Virus record (IMG/VR): IMGVR_UViG_3300037780_000065
Span: 1 to 29,678 of that record
Origin: a virus
Taxonomy: Duplodnaviria > Caudoviricetes
Direction: 5' to 3' (one strand)
Length of the DNA stretch: 29,678 nucleotides
Part shown: positions 1 through 5,901 of the stretch, in pieces
Layout of the letters: each line of letters opens with the position of its first letter
Numbering within the stretch: the first letter of the stretch is position 1
The notes under the pieces: generated by a model
Told to the model about the DNA's origin: nothing
The model's database searches: none
What the model saw: only the letters and a program-made list of their open reading frames with translations
Program-made: the position numbers and the translations under genes

Positions 1-63
1 TCCAATTCACACGATCCTGACTTGTCGAGCCGCCGCAATGTCAGGATCAAGTTTTTGTTGTGC
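1..63 (-). other. attC site, partial (same family as 1683..1804 and 2981..3102)
   Basis: Identical to 1742..1804, ending GCAATGTCAGGATCAAGTTTTTGTTGTGC. Confidence 0.85.
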
Positions 64-81
64 GGTTCTATCGAGAAAGCT

Positions 82-282
82 ATGAACGAAGAACGAATGT
101 TGAAGTGGTTTGAATACTCTCACTTGCCAGAGCACCTGCAGGCGGTGTCGAAGCCGTTCGGCGAACTTGCCTCAAATGTTTGTGAGGTCATCGAAGGCGG
201 GCCAGAGCGGACCGTTGCGTTGCGAAAGCTGCTGGAGTCGAAAGACGCTGCTGTTCGCGCCAAGCTAAACCCTGGCGGCTAA
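82..282 (+). CDS. Cassette 1 gene A: small helical phage protein, possibly Acb2/Tad1-like hairpin family
   Basis: ATG at 82 just after the attC; motif FEYxHLPEHLQxVSxPF...ERTVALRKLLExKDxAVRA; family assignment is from memory. Confidence 0.75.
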   Translation: MNEERMLKWFEYSHLPEHLQAVSKPFGELASNVCEVIEGGPERTVALRKLLESKDAAVRAKLNPGG

Positions 283-284
283 TC

Positions 285-482
285 GTGCGTGCAATTATCG
301 AGCGGGTCACGTGTGACGACTGCGGAGAGATTCGCCACTTCGAGAAATTCGATATGGCCGGAATGACCGCAAGGACCGAACCGCTAACGGACTGGTTGCG
401 ACAGTACGGGTGGACAGTCCAAGAGAACGGCAATCGTCGTATCGACACGTGCCCCGCTTGCGTTGCTAGGCAGCGTGACTGA
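285..482 (+). CDS. Cassette 1 gene B: small CxxC...CxxC zinc-binding protein
   Basis: CDDC and CPAC pairs; stop just before the R box at 487; duplicated at 2026..2223. Confidence 0.75.
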   Translation: MRAIIERVTCDDCGEIRHFEKFDMAGMTARTEPLTDWLRQYGWTVQENGNRRIDTCPACVARQRD

Positions 483-486
483 ATCC

Positions 487-578
487 GCACAACGCTTGGG
501 TTCACACGGTCGCCGCGTGTGACCTTGACCAAACCAAACAGCGAGACCGGCGACTCGTTGTGCAATCCATTGTTAGTC
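487..578 (-). other. attC site (92 bp)
   Basis: GCACAAC ... GGGTTCACAC / TCGCCG-CGGCGA / GTTGTGCAATCC ... GTTAGTC, with an extra C in the right arm. Confidence 0.85.
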
Positions 579-881
579 ATGCCTGTCGATTGGTCGAAGT
601 ATCCCGATGATTGGAACGAAACGGCAAACCGCATCAAAGATGAGGCAGGCTGGAAGTGTGAGAAGTGCGGCAAGCAGTGCAGATTTCCGGGCGAAGAATT
701 TGACACGCACAAAAGGACGTTGACCGTTGCCCACATCAACCACGTCGAAATGGATTGCAGCGATGAAAACCTCGTTGCGTTGTGTCCAGCGTGCCATTTG
801 GAATACGACGGCTACCGCAAAGCGATGCAGCGGCTAGCCAAGAAGCGAATCAAGTCAGTTGCCGATAACGTGTTGTTTTAG
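579..881 (+). CDS. Cassette 2: HNH endonuclease-like protein
   Basis: CEKCG...LTVAHINH...NLVALCPACH; ATG directly after the R box (ORF track start 519 lies inside the attC). Confidence 0.8.
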   Translation: MPVDWSKYPDDWNETANRIKDEAGWKCEKCGKQCRFPGEEFDTHKRTLTVAHINHVEMDCSDENLVALCPACHLEYDGYRKAMQRLAKKRIKSVADNVLF

Positions 882-885
882 GTCT

Positions 886-994
886 GACGAACGGTCGTGA
901 TCACCGGCGTGCGAACAACGAAAGAATAAGGAGCGAATGCGATATGACTAAAAACACAGGACCGGCCACGTCCGGTGCATCATCGTTGTTGGGC
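886..994 (-). other. attC site (109 bp)
   Basis: GACGAAC ... TGATCACCGGCGTG pairs with CACG(T)CCGGTG(C)ATCA ... GTTGGGC; two extrahelical bases. Confidence 0.9.
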
Positions 995-1189
995 TGCGGC
1001 ACGGATAGTGCAGCTTCCGCCGGTGATCACGACCGTTGGGCTGACGCAATGCGAGAGCTATTTGAGACGCATGACCGAGCAATGAAAGGTGATTTCGAAT
1101 CAGTCGAAGACATCTATTGCCTGTTGCTCTACAAGGTTTCGTGTCTCAAAAGATTGAGCGAAGCAAAACAGATCACCGAAGGACGGTGA
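944..1189 (+). CDS. Cassette 3: hypothetical protein starting inside the attC loop
   Basis: AAGGAG at 928..933, ATG at 944; ORF fills the cassette. Confidence 0.7.
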   Translation: MTKNTGPATSGASSLLGCGTDSAASAGDHDRWADAMRELFETHDRAMKGDFESVEDIYCLLLYKVSCLKRLSEAKQITEGR

Positions 1190-1200
1190 TACGGCCGTCA

Positions 1201-1307
1201 GCCCAACGATGCGAATTTCCGGCAAGAACAAAGCCAAAAAGGAACGAACTTGTGAGTGACAGCAGAAAAACCAGCCCGGCCTTGCCGGAACATTCGTCTT
1301 GTTCTAC
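1201..1307 (-). other. attC site (107 bp)
   Basis: GCCCAAC ... GAATTTCCGGCAAG pairs with CTTGCCGGAA(C)ATTC ... GTTCTAC. Confidence 0.9.
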
Positions 1308-1641
1308 GGCGTCACGGAAGACGTCGGGTGCCGGGAATTCGCATCGTTCCACGGACGAGCTTTTGCCCTGCCCGTTTTGCGGGAGCGGAGGGAACCTCAT
1401 AAATGACTTATCGCACTTCCCGATCCAGTTCTGTGTGCTGTGCGAGAAACCGTCTTGTGCGACCGAAGGCCCCGTAAAGGAAACACGGTCCAATGCCGTC
1501 AAGGCTTGGAACACTAGGGCAGGGCAAGTTGCCGACCAGGGGCTAGCTTATGGGCTTGCGAAGGCAGTAGGCAGGTTCACAGACATGACACCCGAGCAAG
1601 TTCTGAAACTCGCAAAAGCTTGCAGCCCCGCAGGCGAATAG
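1252..1641 (+). CDS. Cassette 4: Lar-family restriction alleviation-like zinc protein
   Basis: LLPCPFCG...C..C...EGP...A..AWNTRA; GTG at 1252 in the attC loop after AAGGAA. Confidence 0.75.
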   Translation: MSDSRKTSPALPEHSSCSTASRKTSGAGNSHRSTDELLPCPFCGSGGNLINDLSHFPIQFCVLCEKPSCATEGPVKETRSNAVKAWNTRAGQVADQGLAYGLAKAVGRFTDMTPEQVLKLAKACSPAGE

Positions 1642-1682
1642 CAACAAAACGCAGGACACTTAGGGAAAGTGTCACGACGTCC

Positions 1683-1804
1683 GTGGAACGTTGAACTTAT
1701 CCTGCATTGCCATTCGTGGCGTGCTTTGAGTTGACCAACTTTCCAATTCACACGATCCTGACTTGTCGAGCCGCCGCAATGTCAGGATCAAGTTTTTGTT
1801 GTGC
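1683..1804 (-). other. attC site (122 bp)
   Basis: GTGGAAC ... AACTTATCCTGCATTGC pairs with GCAATG(T)CAGGAT(C)AAGTT ... GTTGTGC. Confidence 0.9.
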
Positions 1805-1822
1805 GGTTCTATCGAGAAAGCT

Positions 1823-2023
1823 ATGAACGAAGAACGAATGTTGAAGTGGTTTGAATACGCTCACCTCCCGGAGCATTTGCAGGCAGTGTCGAGGCCATTC
1901 GGTGAACTGGCCGCGAAAGTTTGCGAAGTCATCGAAGGCGGGCCAGAGCGAACCGTTGCGTTGCGGAAATTGTTGGAGTCGAAAGACGCCGCCGTGCGTG
2001 CCAAACTCAACCCAGGCGGCTAA
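1823..2023 (+). CDS. Cassette 5 gene A: second allele of 82..282
   Basis: 62 of 66 amino acids identical to 82..282. Confidence 0.75.
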   Translation: MNEERMLKWFEYAHLPEHLQAVSRPFGELAAKVCEVIEGGPERTVALRKLLESKDAAVRAKLNPGG

Positions 2024-2025
2024 TC

Positions 2026-2223
2026 GTGCGTGCAATTATCGAGCGGGTCACGTGTGACGACTGCGGCGAGATTCGCCACTTCGAGAAATTCGACATGGCC
2101 GGAATGACCGCAAGGACCGAACCGCTAACGGACTGGTTGCGACAGTACGGGTGGACAGTCCAAGAGAACGGCAATCGTCGTATCGACACGTGCCCCGCTT
2201 GCGTTGCTAGGAAGCGTGACTGA
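2026..2223 (+). CDS. Cassette 5 gene B: copy of the 285..482 zinc-binding protein
   Basis: Three nucleotide differences from 285..482 by manual comparison. Confidence 0.75.
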   Translation: MRAIIERVTCDDCGEIRHFEKFDMAGMTARTEPLTDWLRQYGWTVQENGNRRIDTCPACVARKRD

Positions 2224-2227
2224 ATCC

Positions 2228-2331
2228 GCACAACGTTCGGGATCTCCGGCATGGAACAACCAAGGAAACGAATCTATGAGTAACGCACAAGAAATCCAGA
2301 CCGGCCATGCCGGAGCATCCCGTTGTTCTGC
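2228..2331 (-). other. attC site (104 bp)
   Basis: GCACAAC ... GGGATCTCCGGCATGG pairs with CCATGCCGGAG(C)ATCCC ... GTTCTGC. Confidence 0.9.
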
Positions 2332-2569
2332 TGCGACCAAACAGTCGCAGCTAGACGCCGGGGATACCGAACGTTCTGCTGACGCCCTGCGGGGTATCGT
2401 CAAGCAATTGGATCGCCTTGAAGAGCAAGTGCCCTTGATCATTGGCATGTTTGTGTTTCGCTTTTTCGAGAAAAAGGCATTCCACAATGGTCAAATGGCA
2501 ATGCTCCGGGCGATACGGGATCTAATTGCTTGGGAGATACGCCGCATGGAAGGGAAAGATGATGATTGA
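2276..2569 (+). CDS. Cassette 6: hypothetical protein starting inside the attC loop
   Basis: AAGGAAA upstream and ATG at 2276, both in the loop. Confidence 0.7.
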   Translation: MSNAQEIQTGHAGASRCSAATKQSQLDAGDTERSADALRGIVKQLDRLEEQVPLIIGMFVFRFFEKKAFHNGQMAMLRAIRDLIAWEIRRMEGKDDD

Positions 2570-2590
2570 TGGACAATCATTCCGTCGTCA

Positions 2591-2716
2591 GCAGAACGCT
2601 GGCATTCTCCTGTCGGCACCTCCCAAGCAATCCCAACCAAAAGGAATCCATGACATGACCCAACCAGCAAGCCAACCCGAAGCAACCGCCGATCAGGAGC
2701 AATCGCCTTGTTCTGC
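2591..2716 (-). other. attC site (126 bp)
   Basis: GCAGAAC ... ATTCTCCTGTCGGC pairs with GCCGA(T)CAGGAG(C)AAT ... GTTCTGC. Confidence 0.9.
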
Positions 2717-2984
2717 GACTTTTCCAAACCCTCTAATGATCCAGATGGGCGAGGGCAAATTGTTGTGCTCGAAGTTCTGGGACCACGCCGATTCTGACGG
2801 CGGGATCATTATTTCAGACACTGGTGAACGACATGAGATCGGCAGTGATGCCAATCTACCAGCGGAGGAAAACCACATGCCAAAGACCGGCGAGGTGTTT
2901 TTGCGATTCGGGTGCAAGGCAAGTGCCGAGTCGTTGCGAGACGTAATTAATGAAGTGATTTCCGAATGGCCTTCAAGTTCGTAG
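2655..2984 (+). CDS. Cassette 7: hypothetical protein starting inside the attC loop
   Basis: AAGGAA at 2641, ATG at 2655; TAG stop lies in the next R box GTAGAAC. Confidence 0.7.
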   Translation: MTQPASQPEATADQEQSPCSATFPNPLMIQMGEGKLLCSKFWDHADSDGGIIISDTGERHEIGSDANLPAEENHMPKTGEVFLRFGCKASAESLRDVINEVISEWPSSS

Positions 2985-3102
2985 AACGCTGAACTTATCC
3001 TGCATTGCCATTCGTGGCGTGCTTTGAGTTGACCAACTTTCCAATCCAAACGATCCCGACTTGTCGAGCCGCCGCAATGTCAGGATCAAGTTTTTGTTGT
3101 GC
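2981..3102 (-). other. attC site (122 bp), near-identical to 1683..1804
   Basis: Same arms and loop with a few substitutions; GTAGAAC ... GTTGTGC. Confidence 0.9.
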
Positions 3103-3119
3103 GGTTCTTGGAGAAAATC

Positions 3120-3653
3120 ATGGGTCGAGAAATAAGAATGGTCCCGCCTAATTGGGATCATCCCAAGGGGATGCGAATGAATGGCCGGATAGATTACCAA
3201 CCGATGTTCGATCAGCGTTTCGAGGATGCGGCAGAGGAGTGGAAGCAAGAATTTGCTAAGTGGCAAGCGGGCGAGCGTCCCAGTTACTACACCAAAAAAG
3301 AGGGAGAACCGGAGCCGGAGTTTTGGGAGTACCACGGCGGACCACCAGATCGCGATTACTACCGACCGTGGAAGGACGAAGAGGCGACGTGGTATCAGGT
3401 GTGGCAAACCGTCAGCGAAGGCTCGCCAGTCTCCCCACCATTCGAGACCAAAGAGGAGTTGATCGAATACCTAGTCGCTAACGGGGACTATTGGGATCAG
3501 GCGAGACGCGACGAAGGCAGAACGACCGTGATGGATTGCCAACCGTGGTCGCGAAAAGCAGCGGAGGCGTTTGTCAACGGCCCTGGATGGGCACCGTCGA
3601 TGGTTGTCGACAACAGCGGCGTGCGATCGGGCGTCGAATCGCTCGCGGACTGA
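3120..3653 (+). CDS. Cassette 8: phage-type hypothetical protein (Trp/Pro/acidic-rich)
   Basis: GGAG at 3110, ATG at 3120; MGREIRMVPPNWDHP...YQVWQTVSEGSPVSPPF. Confidence 0.8.
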   Translation: MGREIRMVPPNWDHPKGMRMNGRIDYQPMFDQRFEDAAEEWKQEFAKWQAGERPSYYTKKEGEPEPEFWEYHGGPPDRDYYRPWKDEEATWYQVWQTVSEGSPVSPPFETKEELIEYLVANGDYWDQARRDEGRTTVMDCQPWSRKAAEAFVNGPGWAPSMVVDNSGVRSGVESLAD

Positions 3654-3657
3654 ATCC

Positions 3658-3785
3658 GCACAACGTCGCACTTCTCCCGCTTCGCATTAAACCGATCAAC
3701 CTCAAAGGATTCACTCAGATGACAGATCAAACCAACTTCAGCGAACCAACCAGTGGCGAAGTCGGCGAGCAAGTGCTTGTTATGC
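3658..3785 (-). other. attC site (128 bp)
   Basis: GCACAAC ... GCACTTCTCCCGCTTCGC pairs with GCGAAG(T)CGG(C)GAG(C)AAGTGC ... GTTATGC. Confidence 0.9.
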
Positions 3786-4141
3786 CAGCGTGGCGTTGCT
3801 TCCACTGCGGGTTTAAGACAAGTGACGAAAAGGAAGCCCAAGCACACTTCGGAGACGACTCAGACGATCCAGCTTTGTGCGTCTTCTGGACTTCGCTCGA
3901 TGATGCCGAGCGGGCTCACGAATATCAACAACTGACGATGGAGTTAAACGCGACACGCGAGGACGTTTTCCGTTTGAATGCGGAAATTGAAATGGAAAGC
4001 TCCGAAGGAATGAGGATGTTTCGCGAACTTGAATCTCGTATGTACCAAGAACTTCGGCGTGCCGAAGAGGATGGGTATGCCCGAGGCTTGCGAGATGCTC
4101 AAAAGCATCCCGAAGAAATCGGGCTGTGCCGCTTGGCATAA
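3719..4141 (+). CDS. Cassette 9: zinc-finger (CxxC...H) plus coiled-coil hypothetical protein, starting inside the attC loop
   Basis: AAGGA upstream, ATG at 3719; WRCFHCG...AQAHFG; TAA stop lies within GCATAAC. Confidence 0.75.
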   Translation: MTDQTNFSEPTSGEVGEQVLVMPAWRCFHCGFKTSDEKEAQAHFGDDSDDPALCVFWTSLDDAERAHEYQQLTMELNATREDVFRLNAEIEMESSEGMRMFRELESRMYQELRRAEEDGYARGLRDAQKHPEEIGLCRLA

Positions 4142-4191
4142 CGAGTAATTACCCGGTGAAAGCGCCGCTCAATTGTCTTGCGCCGGATAAT
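4136..4191 (-). other. Putative attI site between the last cassette and the intI stop codon
   Basis: R box GTTATGC on the minus strand (4136..4142) with no partner R box; imperfect inverted repeat AATTACCCGG...CCGGATAATT. Confidence 0.6.
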
Positions 4192-5190
4192 TCAGGCGGC
4201 TAGGATCGCATCAATAGGGCTGTCCTGGCCGCTGATTGCAATTTCGTCTTCGAAGATGTAATCGAAAGTCTGCTCGATGCTGTTGTGACCGAGGATTACC
4301 TGCAATCGCTCAATGTCCTTGGTTCGCCGGTAAAAATGCGTGGCACCAGCTCGCCGCATGTCGTGCGGGGTGATTCGCCGGCGGACTCCGGATGATCGCA
4401 CGGCCGCGGTGAATCGCTTGCGGAATGCGTCGTCGTTGATGTGCCAGCGTTTTTTCGGGGCTGTTGGATCGCGGGGATCGGCAGACAACGAGCGGCTAGG
4501 GAATAGCCAGAACCAGTCTATCAGCAGCGGTGCGGTTGGTGACTTGGTGGCGAAGCTCTTGGGGACCGGGACGCCGGGGTTGCCGCATTGCTGGTCGCGT
4601 CGATGGAAGTGCTCGACGTTTCGGATTTGTTGGTGGATCCGCTGATGGAGTGATTCGGGCAGCGGCACGATGCGAAAGTGATCGTGTTTGCAATCGGCGA
4701 TTTCGGCTTGCTGGAAGTCGAAGTTGAGATCCTTGATTCGCAGGTTGAGGATGTCGTTCAACCGGCTCATGCAACCGAACATCATCAGGGCAATCAGTTG
4801 ATCGTGCGGCGAGAGAGCCTGGATGACTTGCGTGATCTGATTCGCACTGATGTTTCGCCGCCGTTGACGGGTCGGTTGTTTGAGTCGCAGCGGGTCGGTT
4901 TCACGTTGCTCGAGCGTGCGGTGCAAGACTCGCTCGAACAGAAACCGAATAGCCGACATGGCTTGGTTGACCGTTCGCGGCGACTGGTTGCGGTCGTTGG
5001 CCAGGACGTTTCGAAAGTGATAGACATCATCCTCGGTGATCTGGTCTCGCGTGATTCGGTTGCCGCGGTGGCGGCGTGTTGTGTTGACGAAATCCATCAC
5101 GACCGGCCAATACGCATCGAACGTTGAGTCTTTGTTTCCGGCTTGCTTGATTGCGGCGCGAAGCTCTCTTCGCAGTGTGGCTTGTGACAT
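4192..5190 (-). CDS. intI: Integron integrase (IntI-family tyrosine recombinase)
   Basis: N-terminal SPRTVNQAMSAIRFLFERVL; catalytic R (SRL..ILNLRIKDL), K, HDMR, LGH...Y; IntI-specific insert VPKSFATKSPTA..WFWLFPSRSLSADPR..KRWH; GGGGGTG RBS. Confidence 0.92.
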   Translation of the reverse strand: MSQATLRRELRAAIKQAGNKDSTFDAYWPVVMDFVNTTRRHRGNRITRDQITEDDVYHFRNVLANDRNQSPRTVNQAMSAIRFLFERVLHRTLEQRETDPLRLKQPTRQRRRNISANQITQVIQALSPHDQLIALMMFGCMSRLNDILNLRIKDLNFDFQQAEIADCKHDHFRIVPLPESLHQRIHQQIRNVEHFHRRDQQCGNPGVPVPKSFATKSPTAPLLIDWFWLFPSRSLSADPRDPTAPKKRWHINDDAFRKRFTAAVRSSGVRRRITPHDMRRAGATHFYRRTKDIERLQVILGHNSIEQTFDYIFEDEIAISGQDSPIDAILAA

Positions 5191-5256
5191 GTCGCACCCC
5201 CTGTGGATCTTGGATAAGCAAGTCCCACACTAATTCGGGCCAAGGCAAAAGCAAGC

Positions 5257-5291
5257 TTTGCGTTTTGGGCGATGGTGCTATGATTTCGATA
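5257..5291 (+). promoter_or_regulatory. Possible extended -10 promoter giving a leaderless transcript of the DUF1064 gene, divergent from intI
   Basis: TGcTATGAT at 5276..5284, ATG at 5291, no Shine-Dalgarno; weak -35 TTGCGT near 5258. Confidence 0.35.
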
Positions 5292-5602
5292 TGAGATCGC
5301 ACAAGTACAACGCCAAGCCGACTGTTCTCGATGGCATTCGTTTTGACTCTCAAGCCGAGGGCCGATACTACAGTCAGCTCAAGCTTCGCCAGAAGGCTGG
5401 CGAGGTTGTGCAGTTCTTGCGTCAGGTGCCGTTTCATCTTCCCGGCAAGACCAAGCTGGTGGTCGATTTCATGGAGTTCCATGCAGACGGCACAACTCAT
5501 TTTGTGGATGTCAAAGGCATGGAAACCGAAGCGTTCAAAATCAAACGCCGGCAGGTCGAGCAGCTTTATGCACCAATCAAAATCGAGACGGTGAAAGCAT
5601 GA
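5291..5602 (+). CDS. DUF1064-family PD-(D/E)xK endonuclease-like phage protein
   Basis: HKYNAKPTVLDGIRFDSQAEGRYY...RQVPF...VDF...DVKG. Confidence 0.85.
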   Translation: MRSHKYNAKPTVLDGIRFDSQAEGRYYSQLKLRQKAGEVVQFLRQVPFHLPGKTKLVVDFMEFHADGTTHFVDVKGMETEAFKIKRRQVEQLYAPIKIETVKA

Positions 5603-5838
5603 CTCGAGACATCGAAAACGAACTGAGCGTTTCGCAAGTCGCACGTATTCTGCGAATCGATCCTAAGACGGTGCGTCGGTATATCGACCAAGGCAAGATT
5701 GTCGCCCACCGGGAGCGAAACAGCGGAAAGATTGTTGTGATGCGAGCGGAGGTTGACCGTCACCTGGAACCCCTGCCTGTGTATGTGCCGGAGGGAAAAG
5801 AAGGACTTTCCGGCACTTCTGGCGTTTCAGTGTCTTAA
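5599..5838 (+). CDS. Excisionase-like helix-turn-helix DNA-binding protein
   Basis: LSVSQVARILRIDPKTVRRYIDQGKI; ATGA overlap with the upstream gene. Confidence 0.8.
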   Translation: MTRDIENELSVSQVARILRIDPKTVRRYIDQGKIVAHRERNSGKIVVMRAEVDRHLEPLPVYVPEGKEGLSGTSGVSVS

Positions 5839-5901
5839 GCATTGAAGCATCCGCAGCAGGCGTCATCATGCGAGTGTTCGAACACTCTTATGAGGCCCCT
5901 C

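Larger units (their letters stand above)
1..5190 (-). mobile_element. Integron-like element: intI, putative attI and at least 9 attC-bounded cassettes; the array continues beyond the window start
   Basis: IntI-family integrase next to eight complete and one partial imperfect palindromes with AAC/GTT boxes; each cassette's two R boxes are complementary. Confidence 0.92.

Noticed and set aside
1731-1760. Promoter inside the 122-bp attC loop (TTGACC)
   Set aside because: No convincing -10 at a 16-18 nt spacing
1-2233. Duplicated cassette as a diversity-generating retroelement TR/VR pair
   Set aside because: Differences are mostly synonymous third-position changes, not adenine-specific, and there is no reverse transcriptase in the window
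1-3664. Recurring repeats as a CRISPR array
   Set aside because: Repeats are 90-130 bp palindromes separated by whole genes; no cas genes and no regular spacers
188-4139. Minus-strand ORFs across the cassette array, which would restore canonical orientation
   Set aside because: They mostly cross cassette boundaries and lack motifs, whereas the plus-strand ORFs have RBSs, recognisable motifs and synonymous-biased divergence
4192-5190. Integrase as the ordinary prophage integrase or XerC/D
   Set aside because: It has the IntI-specific insert and adjacent attC sites, and sits within the phage gene run with no host genes or tRNA beside it
5191-5290. LexA (SOS) box upstream of intI
   Set aside because: No CTGT-N8-ACAG match; a host-specific LexA motif cannot be excluded by eye
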